Part shown: in pieces, positions 26,176 through 34,884 of the stretch | How positions within the stretch are numbered: the first letter of the stretch is position 1 | Layout of the letters: each line of letters begins with the position of its first letter | Source: a virus | Taxonomy: Duplodnaviria > Caudoviricetes | IMG/VR virus record: IMGVR_UViG_3300046060_000085 | Coordinates: 1-39,443 of that record | DNA: 39,443 nucleotides | Direction: 5' to 3' (one strand) | Made by a program: the position numbers and the translations under genes | Notes under the pieces: model-generated | The model's input: the letters and a program-made list of their open reading frames with translations, nothing else | Told to the model about the DNA's origin: nothing | Database searches by the model: none

Positions 26176-26574
26176 CTACAGCAGGACCCACGCGTAGCCG
26201 TCCGGTGCCGTCTGCCCGCGCCACGACCCGCCCGCATCCGATAGAGCGTGGGCAGGCCCCCCGGAGGACGTGTCGAGTGCACCGACCGTGCCGTCGGTTG
26301 CGTTGCCGAGATCGAGGTCGTCGCCAGCAGTAACGCCCGCCGCCACCGCAACCACCGTTGGCCCGCTGACGTGGACCGGCGAGACGCCACTGTTCTCGGT
26401 CCGGCGGCCGCGCGCTCGCGCACCGAGGAGTTCGTGACCAGCCTCGCTGTCGCCGGGCTCGACCTCGCCAGCGTCGATTGCGACCGCGTCGCCCGCTTCG
26501 GTGGTGTCGCTCGCATCGGAGTAGCCGATGGTGGTGGTGCTGTCGCCGCCGTTCTGTCCGGGTTCGCTTGCCAT
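26176..26574 (-). CDS. Capsid decoration/cement protein
   Basis: Gly/Ala-rich; EAGDAV and VTAGDDL motifs; directly upstream of MCP. Confidence 0.72.
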   Translation of the reverse strand: MASEPGQNGGDSTTTIGYSDASDTTEAGDAVAIDAGEVEPGDSEAGHELLGARARGRRTENSGVSPVHVSGPTVVAVAAGVTAGDDLDLGNATDGTVGALDTSSGGPAHALSDAGGSWRGQTAPDGYAWVLL

Positions 26575-26577
26575 GGG

Positions 26578-27846
26578 TTAGAGCACCTCCACCGCCGCGT
26601 CGTAGTCGTCAGCATCCGCGAGGTCGGCCGCCTCCTGGCGAAGCGCCTCGACCCGCGAATCGGGGAGCGCGCTCCCGGCCGTCGAGAGCTTCTGGTCGAT
26701 CTCTTCGATCCGCTGCTTGTCCTCGTCGCTCAGACCACTCGAACCGTTCGAGCCGCCGGTCGGCCCGCTACCCGTCTCCGGCGTTTGTGTGAGCGCCTCA
26801 ACGTCGAGGTCGCCATCGTCGGTCTCGAACTCCGCGGCCATCGCGTCGAAACTCATCGCCTCGACCGTCGCCTCGCGGAGCCCCTTCTCTTCGGTGAGCG
26901 CCTCCGCCATCATGCCCTCCACGATGTTGACGCGCTCGCGCATGGCCTCGGCCTGCTCGGTGTCGATGACCTCGGGCTCGTCGACCTCGGTGGCCTCCTC
27001 GATGAGGTCTTCGTGTTTGTCTGCCTGTTCTTCGAGTTCGTCGAGCCGCTCGCGCACCTCGGCCTCGACGACCGTGGGGTCGTCCTTCTGCCGAGCCGCT
27101 GCGACCAGCTCCTGCTCTTTGTCAGTTAGATCCATGGTGAATTCGTTGTTGTCGGCCGGGGTGCTCTGGCCACCGTCGCCGTTCTGGCCGTCATCGCCCC
27201 CGGTGTTCGTCACCTCCATTCGTCCGTCGGACAGCACCTCGACTTCAACGTCGAAGTGCGAGGTCAGCGCCTCCGCCGTCGCCGACACGTCCGCCGACGA
27301 CCCGACGGCAATCTCGTTCGACGGGGCCGCGCCATCGGCGACGATTGCTAGGTCGCGGACCGCGTTGACCGCCGTCGGCTCGTAGAGCGCGTCTGGACTT
27401 CCTTCCTCGCCCTCGACGAGTTCGACCTCGCGAAGGATGACCGGGGAGACCTGCGCCAGCCCGCGTTCGACGACGTCCTCGGCCTCCCAGTCTGCGAGGA
27501 AGCCCTCGAAGAGCAAGCCGACACCCTCCTCGTAGGCGTCGGCGGTGATCTCGCCGACCTTTTCGTCGAGGCTGACAGCACCGGACAACTCCGGGCCGTC
27601 CTCCGTAACGACCACGCCGACATGCTGTTCGGGGTCGAGAGAGTCAGCCATCGTGATCGGCTTCCCCTCGAACATCCCAACCATCTCCTGGAGGGTGTCC
27701 GCGGGCCAGCGCGTTCGCTTCCCCGAGAGGCCGTTCGTGATATCACCCTCGCCAAGGACGACGCCGTGGACTTGCGTCCCTCCGTCAACGTCATGGGCGA
27801 GGGCGGCGATACCGCAACCGTCGTTGAGAACTGCGTAAGTTGTCAT
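26578..27846 (-). CDS. Prohead protease-scaffold fusion
   Basis: ATG at 27846; globular N-domain (QVSPV, DLAIVADGAAPS), low-complexity linker, acidic coiled C-domain. Confidence 0.72.
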   Translation of the reverse strand: MTTYAVLNDGCGIAALAHDVDGGTQVHGVVLGEGDITNGLSGKRTRWPADTLQEMVGMFEGKPITMADSLDPEQHVGVVVTEDGPELSGAVSLDEKVGEITADAYEEGVGLLFEGFLADWEAEDVVERGLAQVSPVILREVELVEGEEGSPDALYEPTAVNAVRDLAIVADGAAPSNEIAVGSSADVSATAEALTSHFDVEVEVLSDGRMEVTNTGGDDGQNGDGGQSTPADNNEFTMDLTDKEQELVAAARQKDDPTVVEAEVRERLDELEEQADKHEDLIEEATEVDEPEVIDTEQAEAMRERVNIVEGMMAEALTEEKGLREATVEAMSFDAMAAEFETDDGDLDVEALTQTPETGSGPTGGSNGSSGLSDEDKQRIEEIDQKLSTAGSALPDSRVEALRQEAADLADADDYDAAVEVL

Positions 27847-28709
27847 GCGTTCCCTGTGTAGATCACCAGCGCACACCGGCAGTTCGGATGCTGTGGGAGC
27901 AATCCAGCTGCCTGGTCCGCTGGATACGGCGCGTCCGATTTCAGCGCCCGACACTGCGCGCAGGCGTCCGGCGCGAGCAGAATCGTCACCTGTTCGACGC
28001 CGGCGCGCTGCCACTCCGTTGCTCTCGCCCGATTGTGCGAGTGCATCACTTCGGTCCGCGCGATGACGTTCGCCCGCGTCTTTCCGACCGCATCGACGCG
28101 GTCGGCGAGGTCGCGAGCAATGTCCCGCGGCCCATCGCCCGACGCCAGTCCCTCGGTCAGGACGCGCCGCATGTCGTTGGCGGTCGCGTCCGTCATCCCC
28201 TGAAGAGCGCCGAAGTTCCGCTGGTAGAGCGCCTGCAGTTGCTCACGATGAACGGGTAACTGGAGCGCTGTCGCCCCGACCTCGCTACTGGCCCCGCTCT
28301 CGGCGAGACCGAGCGTGTGAAGCTCAGTCCGAGCGTCCTTGATCCCGCGCTCGTACGCCGACGTCACGAACTCGTTGTCCTGGCCGAACGTCTGGAGGAT
28401 CTCGCGGTCGGTCTGGCGCTGGAGCCACCGGTTGAACGCCTGCACCTGGTCGGCCTCTCGGTCGAACGTGAAGTCTCGCGGGGCGTTAGCGAGCGCCTCG
28501 GTCTGCAGGCCGAACGCGTCGTGTTCGACGATGCCCTCACGGAGTGCCGTCATGATCGCCTGCCACCGCCCACGGAGTCGCTCGGCGTACTTCGTTCGGA
28601 GCGTCTGCGTCCGGGTCGGCTCGTCTCGCTCGCGAGCGCGCTCCAGATAGCGGTCGTGCGCCGCGGTCTGGGCGAGCCCGCTGGCGTCGGCGCTGGCAGT
28701 TGCACTCAT
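27843..28709 (-). CDS. Head morphogenesis protein (SPP1 gp7/MuF)
   Basis: RANVIARTEV, CAQC, PQHPNCRC. Confidence 0.92.
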   Translation of the reverse strand: MSATASADASGLAQTAAHDRYLERARERDEPTRTQTLRTKYAERLRGRWQAIMTALREGIVEHDAFGLQTEALANAPRDFTFDREADQVQAFNRWLQRQTDREILQTFGQDNEFVTSAYERGIKDARTELHTLGLAESGASSEVGATALQLPVHREQLQALYQRNFGALQGMTDATANDMRRVLTEGLASGDGPRDIARDLADRVDAVGKTRANVIARTEVMHSHNRARATEWQRAGVEQVTILLAPDACAQCRALKSDAPYPADQAAGLLPQHPNCRCALVIYTGNA

Positions 28710-28712
28710 CGG

Positions 28713-30239
28713 TTAGTCACCGGCCTCCCCGGCCATTTCGCCGGTGAGGTCTTCCGCCATCTCTTGGACCTCGGGGTCGGACTCGTCGACCTCGACGTCG
28801 CCACCCTTCGGAAGTGCGTCCTCGGGGAGCTGGAGGACCAACTGGAGGAGTTCCTCGGGGTCGGCGAACATGTCGGTCGGCTGGTCGCCGCGGATCTTGT
28901 CGAACGCGTTGGCGAACCGTTCGAGGCGCTCGATGTCATCATCGTCGAGCGACATGACCGGCGACTCGTCCTCCTCGGGCTCGAGCTTGACCGTCAGCCC
29001 GGACGGGTCGAGGTCGGGATGGCGCTCGGCGACGGTCCGGAACGCCTGCGTCCAGGACCGCGCCTGGGCTTGGCGCTCCTCGTGGATCGTGTCCTGGTAG
29101 GAGTTTTCCTGGCGGTCCGAGACGTGGTTCGCGATGGACTCGCCGAACGCGGTCGCGTACTTCGGCGCGGGGAGCGGGCCGAGGATGTCCGCGACATAGT
29201 GTTCGAGCGTGCTGTCGAGGTCGGGGACGGTTGGCTCCCACTGGTCGAGCGTGATCGAGCCGTCGTGGCCGATGATGTCGCCGGGGCCCAGCTCGCCGAC
29301 GTCGTCGACCCAGTCGTCCTGTTCGTCGTCGCTCCACTCGGTGAGGATGACCTCGTCGCCAGCCTCGATAACATCGGTGTCGAACTCTGCGGACCAGACG
29401 CCGTACGCTTTCGTCTTGATAGCTCGGGAACGGTCGCGCTTGATTTCGCGGTACTCTTCGGCGTCGGCGGCGATTGCCTCCATGATGGAGGTGCCGAAGA
29501 TGCCGTCCTCGGTCGCGTCGTCGCCCCCGATGTCGGGGTTGAGCGTCTGCTTGAGGACGTCGTTCTGGGAGAGCGGCACCTCGTCTTTGTCGAGGCCGTC
29601 CTGCCGACGGCCGAGGATGGAGCTGTCGTCGAACTGGACAAACGCCGCGGCCTCGTCGCGCTTGGTCGTCTCCTCGGCCGTCTCCGTGTCGTCCGGGTCG
29701 ATGAGGATGTTCGTGTTCGCGTAGGTCCGCGCCGAGACGGTCTCCGGGCGGATGTGCTTGAACCCCGAGATCGGACCCTCGGGGTCAGTCTCGGTTCCAT
29801 CCTGTTTGAGGTACTCAACGAGGACCGTCCCGCGCGTCCACTTCTGGACGGTCGTCACTTTGGCGAACGGATAGAACGGCTGGTGTTTCTCGCCCGCCAT
29901 GACCGCGCAGTTCTCGAGGAACCCACCGTCGGGGGTTGACTCGGGGGCATCGTCGCCACCCATGAAGTAGGCTTCCGTCGCGTCGTCATCGGCTTCGACG
30001 CGGACGCCGGGGTTCCAGACGTCGCGGACGAACTGGTTGATGTTCGCCCGGATGATACCGATCTCACGGTAGTACTCGTGGTATTCGTCGATGTCCTCGG
30101 GTGGGTTGAGGTCGTCGACGTCACTACTCTCGACGAAGATCCGCGAGTTGCGCGTGACGGTCTCGACGGTCTGGGTGAGACGGGACGAGAGCGCTTCGAG
30201 CGTGCCGCGGATACGGCCAGATGACTGTGTCTTCGACAT
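28713..30239 (-). CDS. Portal protein
   Basis: 508 aa directly after TerL; FGTSIMEAI. Confidence 0.85.
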   Translation of the reverse strand: MSKTQSSGRIRGTLEALSSRLTQTVETVTRNSRIFVESSDVDDLNPPEDIDEYHEYYREIGIIRANINQFVRDVWNPGVRVEADDDATEAYFMGGDDAPESTPDGGFLENCAVMAGEKHQPFYPFAKVTTVQKWTRGTVLVEYLKQDGTETDPEGPISGFKHIRPETVSARTYANTNILIDPDDTETAEETTKRDEAAAFVQFDDSSILGRRQDGLDKDEVPLSQNDVLKQTLNPDIGGDDATEDGIFGTSIMEAIAADAEEYREIKRDRSRAIKTKAYGVWSAEFDTDVIEAGDEVILTEWSDDEQDDWVDDVGELGPGDIIGHDGSITLDQWEPTVPDLDSTLEHYVADILGPLPAPKYATAFGESIANHVSDRQENSYQDTIHEERQAQARSWTQAFRTVAERHPDLDPSGLTVKLEPEEDESPVMSLDDDDIERLERFANAFDKIRGDQPTDMFADPEELLQLVLQLPEDALPKGGDVEVDESDPEVQEMAEDLTGEMAGEAGD

Positions 30240-30241
30240 GG

Positions 30242-31603
30242 TTACTTGAGATTACCTTTGGTGGGCGAGGAGCCCGAGCGCCGCCGGACGGTCGGCGCAT
30301 CGGCCACGTACCGGTCGCCCATGACCGCGTACCGGAGCGAGTCCAGCGCGTGGTCTTCCGCGCGCGACGTGCCGACGTCGTCCTCCTTGTACGACTGGAA
30401 CTCCTTGATGAGCTCCGTGCAGTCCTCGACGACGAGCAGGCCAGGGCCGACCGTCTCATCGACCTCGAGGACGCCGCGGACCTCGTCGATGCCCTCGTCG
30501 ATGTCCTTTGTCGCGGCGGCCGCGCTGAAGCCAGCGTCGCGGAACTTCTGGATGTGCTCGGGGTCGTGGTCGCAGTAGACCGCGCCCGTCGGCTTCTCGT
30601 TCTCGAACACCCAGCCGGTACCGTCGTCCGGGTCTATCAGGTGGTCGAGAGGCATCTCCGTCCTGTAGTAGCAGTCCAGGACGACGTACTGGTCGGCGGG
30701 CGTCTTCCCGATCTCAAGGAGCACTCGCGGGTGTTTGAACCCGTAGTCGTAGCCGTAGATCCGCCAGTCGTCGACGACCTCGACATCGCTCCTCGACACG
30801 ACGTGCGTGCCGCGGGAGAACGTCGGGTAGACGAGGCCCTCGGCCGCAGCAAACCCGCCGGCGAGACCCTGTTCCTCCTTCTCGGTGCCCTCGAACTGTC
30901 GGGTGAGCTTCTCTTTCTCCTCGAGGAACGGGTTGTTCCGGGAGTCCGCGATGATGTTCGTGATGCGGGTCGGGAGCTCTTCGTCGTCCGGCGTCTCCTG
31001 GCGCTCGACGAAGTCGTAAAACTGGTTGTAGCCGTTCCCCGTCGACGTCCAGAGCGTGACGTTCGGCCCGCGGCTGGTGCGCTGCCGGGAGATAAGCATC
31101 CGGTTGAGCTTGAACAGGTCGGTGTGCTCGTAGTGCGCGACCTCGTCGCACCAGATCGTGTTGAACTCGCCGCCCGCGTACCGGTTCCAGACGTCCGCGC
31201 TCCCGAGCCGGATCACGCTGCCGTTGAAGACGGTGAGCCGTGACTCGTTCCGGTTGTAGTCTGTGATGATCGGGGAGTTCTCCGGGTCGCCGCCCTCCTC
31301 GGGGACAGTGTCCTCGCCGGGGAGTTGCTCGAAGAACACCTTGTACGTCGTCGGCGCGCCCTTCTGGGAGTCGGGCGCGATGATGAGGTTGTCGCTTCGC
31401 GGCACCTCAAGCGCCTTCTCGATAGTGTACCGAGCGCCGAGGATGGTCTTCCCCGATCCGTAGCCGCCGCGGAAGACGACGACGTCGTACTCGCCGGACT
31501 CCAGCGCCTCGATCGCGCGGAGCTGGGCGTCCCAGAATCCCCAGTCCAGGTCGAGCCCGGAGTCGTCGACGGTGACGTCGACGCCCTCACTCTTGATCGA
31601 CAT
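30242..31603 (-). CDS. terL: Terminase large subunit
   Basis: GGYGSGKT, IWCDE, TSTGNG, YGYDYG, VYCDHD, DHALDSLRY. Confidence 0.96.
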   Translation of the reverse strand: MSIKSEGVDVTVDDSGLDLDWGFWDAQLRAIEALESGEYDVVVFRGGYGSGKTILGARYTIEKALEVPRSDNLIIAPDSQKGAPTTYKVFFEQLPGEDTVPEEGGDPENSPIITDYNRNESRLTVFNGSVIRLGSADVWNRYAGGEFNTIWCDEVAHYEHTDLFKLNRMLISRQRTSRGPNVTLWTSTGNGYNQFYDFVERQETPDDEELPTRITNIIADSRNNPFLEEKEKLTRQFEGTEKEEQGLAGGFAAAEGLVYPTFSRGTHVVSRSDVEVVDDWRIYGYDYGFKHPRVLLEIGKTPADQYVVLDCYYRTEMPLDHLIDPDDGTGWVFENEKPTGAVYCDHDPEHIQKFRDAGFSAAAATKDIDEGIDEVRGVLEVDETVGPGLLVVEDCTELIKEFQSYKEDDVGTSRAEDHALDSLRYAVMGDRYVADAPTVRRRSGSSPTKGNLK

Positions 31604-32075
31604 CGTCCTCCGTCACCCGGTGGTGCGTGATGTTCACGGCGACCTCTCCAGTGAGCTCGCCAGAGAGTTCGCCCGACACTTCGAGTTCGTCCGCCGGGGC
31701 GATGCCGAACGTGTCACAGATCGACTCGTACCGCCGGAGAAACCGCTCGTCGCCAGTCCGCCGGAACTGCTCCTTCGCGATCGCCGCCATCAACCGCGCA
31801 TCAGCCTGCGCGCCCTCCGGCGTCTCGAGGACCTCGCGCGCCTGCTCGACGCGCTTGATCTCCTTCTCGGTGAGGAAGTCCTTCACGAACGACTCGGAGT
31901 ACGCGCCGTGCGTTGCCGCCCAGTCGTTGCCTTCGTGGGAACTCCCGTCGCTCGACGTCCCCCGATGATGCTTGCACTTCCCCTCATCGAAGTCGGTCCC
32001 GTAACCGGCTGGCTGACCGCAGGGGTCCCCCTCACGGTTGGTGCCACCGTAGTCGCCGCAGGTCTCGTGTCCCAT
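31587..32075 (-). CDS. terS: Terminase small subunit
   Basis: CG...C...CKHHRG, GNDWAATHGAYS; upstream of TerL. Confidence 0.82.
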   Translation of the reverse strand: MGHETCGDYGGTNREGDPCGQPAGYGTDFDEGKCKHHRGTSSDGSSHEGNDWAATHGAYSESFVKDFLTEKEIKRVEQAREVLETPEGAQADARLMAAIAKEQFRRTGDERFLRRYESICDTFGIAPADELEVSGELSGELTGEVAVNITHHRVTEDDVDQE

Positions 32076-32087
32076 GGGGTGTTTCGT

Positions 32088-32306
32088 TCAGAACCGGCCC
32101 GGTGTCCCCGTCGACGGGCGACGAGGTCCGTACCGTCTTGCGGTTTGGTTGTCGACGGCGCGCGGGTTGTTGTGAGTGCCGTCGTGGTGACAGCGCCGGC
32201 ACCGGGTCGTGAGGTTGTCGGGGTCGTTGTTTCCGCGTTGCTGGTCGACGTGGTGTTCTTCGGTGTGGTCTGCGGGTTCGCCGCAGTGTGTACAGCGGTC
32301 AGTCAT
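32088..32306 (-). CDS. HNH endonuclease (HK97 gp74-like position)
   Basis: CTHC...EHHVD..GNNDPDNLTTRCRRCH. Confidence 0.88.
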   Translation of the reverse strand: MTDRCTHCGEPADHTEEHHVDQQRGNNDPDNLTTRCRRCHHDGTHNNPRAVDNQTARRYGPRRPSTGTPGRF

Positions 32307-32610
32307 CGTGGTCAGCTGGGACGATGTCGGGGAACGTGTCCGAGTCCTCGCAACGTGGGCACTGTTCGAAGTGGTCGGGGAGGTCCGCAGCGGGAGTGGT
32401 GTAGCCGCAACGCTGACAGACTGCTACCTTCCCGGCGAGGAACAGGAGTTCAGCGCACTCTTGGCAAAGGGTGAGCGTTTCACCGGGGCGAAACGCCTGC
32501 GTGAGCGCCGACGGCGACGTCTTGAGAAAGGACTCGCGGAACTCGCCCATGAACGCGGGGGAGCGGTCGTAGCGGACCTCGCAGATGTCGCAGTTGAACG
32601 TGTAGCCCAT
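32299..32610 (-). CDS. Zn-finger protein
   Basis: Four CxxC motifs. Confidence 0.75.
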   Translation of the reverse strand: MGYTFNCDICEVRYDRSPAFMGEFRESFLKTSPSALTQAFRPGETLTLCQECAELLFLAGKVAVCQRCGYTTPAADLPDHFEQCPRCEDSDTFPDIVPADHDD

Positions 32611-32613
32611 CGG

Positions 32614-32943
32614 TTACTCCTCTCGGTCGGCGGTTTCTTGGCTGACTTCGACGATGGCTTGGGCGAGCGCCTGGTAGTCGGCGATCTCGACGCCATTGTA
32701 CGCGCCGAGGATGGCGAGGGCGAGCGGGGCGATGACGGTGGGGTCGCCGCCGTGCTTGATGCCGAGGACGGTGATGGCGGTGAGGCCGGCGTTGACGACG
32801 ATTGACCGAATGATCTTCAGGCTCTTGAGCATCTTGAGGTCACCGCCGGTCTGGTGGATTGTCTTCCAGTCGTCGACGAGGTGGTCCGAGCAGTACCACG
32901 GCCGATCACAGGATGTCGGTTCTGCGGCCATGGCATGCATCAC
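32614..32943 (-). CDS. Membrane protein, holin-like
   Basis: Two hydrophobic segments. Confidence 0.65.
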   Translation of the reverse strand: MMHAMAAEPTSCDRPWYCSDHLVDDWKTIHQTGGDLKMLKSLKIIRSIVVNAGLTAITVLGIKHGGDPTVIAPLALAILGAYNGVEIADYQALAQAIVEVSQETADREE

Positions 32944-33200
32944 CCTCCAGACTCCCCACTCTCGTCGTCGGACGTATCGTTGCCTTGCAGGTCGCCGACT
33001 GCGGCGACGCCGTCGCGCATCGAGTCGTCCCAGAGGTAGTAGGCCGCGCCGAGCGCGATGGCGACCGCGCCCAGAAGGATGAGCGAGTCAGGTTCGCGGC
33101 CGGTCCATTCCATCGCCAGCCAGCTAGCGAAGAGGCCGAGGATGATGATGGCGGCGAGAACGGTACGAATCAGTCGTGGAATCGTGGTGTTTCGTGTCAT
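32940..33200 (-). CDS. Two-TM membrane protein, holin-like
   Basis: VLAAIIILGLFASWLAM and LILLGAVAIALGAAYYLW. Confidence 0.72.
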   Translation of the reverse strand: MTRNTTIPRLIRTVLAAIIILGLFASWLAMEWTGREPDSLILLGAVAIALGAAYYLWDDSMRDGVAAVGDLQGNDTSDDESGESGG

Positions 33201-33215
33201 GATTGTTATCGTAGA

Positions 33216-33338
33216 TTAGAAGCGTTTGAGTTCCTGCCAGCCCTCCCGTGTGCGGATGCCGACGACGGTCTCGTTGGCCTCGTCATGCACCTGGAGCGGG
33301 GCACCGAGGGCGAGTTCGATTGGGGGCTGGCGAGCCAT
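33216..33338 (-). CDS. Small protein (40 aa)
   Basis: MARQPPIELALGAPLQVHDEANETVVGIRTREGWQELKRF. Confidence 0.5.
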   Translation of the reverse strand: MARQPPIELALGAPLQVHDEANETVVGIRTREGWQELKRF

Positions 33339-33343
33339 CCGTA

Positions 33344-33532
33344 TTAGAGAAGGGTTAGTTCGTCGAGGGACGCGACGACCGTGGCGGTGCCGACATCGAC
33401 CGCGACGGACAGCGCCTCGCACGGGCTGGTGTTGTACTGGGGCGACCAGCGGACGTCCGCGACCTCGCCCTCGACCTCGCGACCGGCGACGGCGACTCGG
33501 ACCGGGAGGCCTTTGGGGAGCGACGTGATCAT
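33344..33532 (-). CDS. Small protein
   Basis: ATGA-coupled, beta-rich. Confidence 0.6.
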   Translation of the reverse strand: MITSLPKGLPVRVAVAGREVEGEVADVRWSPQYNTSPCEALSVAVDVGTATVVASLDELTLL

Positions 33533-34059
33533 GAGTCGAAGAGCGTGATGCTATTGATGGCGTCGTCGAACGCCGCCTCATAGAGGTCGAGGATACGTTC
33601 GACGATCTCGACAGTGCGGTTGTTCGAGTCCGCCCCGCACGAGGACGCGCACAACGCGTTCACGTAGCCAGTGGGGGTCGGTTCGTACTGGAGCCGACTT
33701 GAACACCGGGGGCAACGGGCTTCGACGTGGTCGAGCATCCACTCGGTGTCGAAGCCCTTGCGGTGGAGGCGCTCGGCGAGCGTGTACCACAGCCAGCAGT
33801 CCCACGGATCTTTCGCGCGAAGGCGGGCGATACCGAGTGCGGCCGCTTGATAGAGACGGCCGTCTGCAGTGTCGTGGCGTCGTTGGTGGATGCGCTTGAA
33901 GTACCGGGCGAGCGCGGTCGAGGAGTCGGAGACGAGCTTGCCGTTCGAGAGTTCGCCGCTACCATCGAGTGCTTCGCGGAGCGGGAGCGTTCCAGGATAG
34001 TGTCGGTCGCGGGAGAGTTTAGCGCCGCTGGTGGGGCTGAATTTGTGTGCGCCTTTCAT
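33529..34059 (-). CDS. Hypothetical protein with Zn ribbon
   Basis: CPRC...CASSC; first gene after intergenic gap. Confidence 0.72.
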   Translation of the reverse strand: MKGAHKFSPTSGAKLSRDRHYPGTLPLREALDGSGELSNGKLVSDSSTALARYFKRIHQRRHDTADGRLYQAAALGIARLRAKDPWDCWLWYTLAERLHRKGFDTEWMLDHVEARCPRCSSRLQYEPTPTGYVNALCASSCGADSNNRTVEIVERILDLYEAAFDDAINSITLFDS

Positions 34060-34202
34060 ATCTCGGGGGAGAAGAAAGCTGTCGCTGTGGTTCGTCCCCC
34101 TTCATCAACCACGCCGACCGCTGGGGTGGTCATCCGAGCGACGCACGATCCTGTTGTCAGAAGTGAAAGGAATAGAGGCATTAGTTCTATGTGAAACCGG
34201 AA

Positions 34203-34463
34203 TTATTCCCGACTGTTCTCCCGTGAACGCACGGTGTAGACGCTCTGCCGAGCATCACCCCCTACGAAGGGGCGCTTCTCGACCACATCCTCATCGACGA
34301 GCTCCCGCAACGCCGCTCGGGCTGTCCGCGCCGGCAGGAGCGTGCGCTCGATGACGTCCTGCTGAGTGAGGGGACCATCCTCCTCCTGGAGGACGAGGTA
34401 GACGAGCTTCGCGCTCGGCGGCAGATCTCGAACCGCGTCGGAGTCAATCTTGAGCGTAGTCAT
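34203..34463 (-). CDS. MarR/TrmB-like wHTH regulator
   Basis: DLPPSAKLVYLVL...LTQQDVIERTLLPARTARAALREL...DARQSVY. Confidence 0.88.
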   Translation of the reverse strand: MTTLKIDSDAVRDLPPSAKLVYLVLQEEDGPLTQQDVIERTLLPARTARAALRELVDEDVVEKRPFVGGDARQSVYTVRSRENSRE

Positions 34464-34527
34464 GGGTCTACGTGCTGATGTCCAAGCAATCTGCCCGAGA
34501 ACCAGAGCCAGCGAGCCCGAGAGAACT

Positions 34528-34794
34528 CTAACTGTTGATGAGTTCGACGATGATTTCCCGCATTTCGTCGTTGGGGCGTCGCCGGTTCCCCATCTTCCGG
34601 AGAACCGTGAAGTAGAACCGTTGTTCGACAGTCATCTGACTCCACCCGACTTCGTGCGGGCATTCTGGACAGTATATGACTTCTCCGCCATACGCTTTCG
34701 CGCTCATGTCGTGGCCGCATTCCGGACAGGTAAACGCCCCGTCGACTGATTGCATGAACTTGGGTTCGTCGCTGACTTTCGTTCGCCGTAGCAT
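34528..34794 (-). CDS. Zn-ribbon protein (lower GC)
   Basis: CPECG...CPEC. Confidence 0.65.
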   Translation of the reverse strand: MLRRTKVSDEPKFMQSVDGAFTCPECGHDMSAKAYGGEVIYCPECPHEVGWSQMTVEQRFYFTVLRKMGNRRRPNDEMREIIVELINS

Positions 34795-34884
34795 GGTATC
34801 TCAATTTCGGGCCGCTTTCAAGAAGATACTTGTCACTGTTCATCCGGCCACCACACGACCGGATTTGAGCGAGCATCGATGCGG

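Noticed and set aside
34460-34876. 138-aa minus-strand ORF
   Set aside because: Basic and motif-less; it overlaps the more plausible CPEC Zn-ribbon ORF
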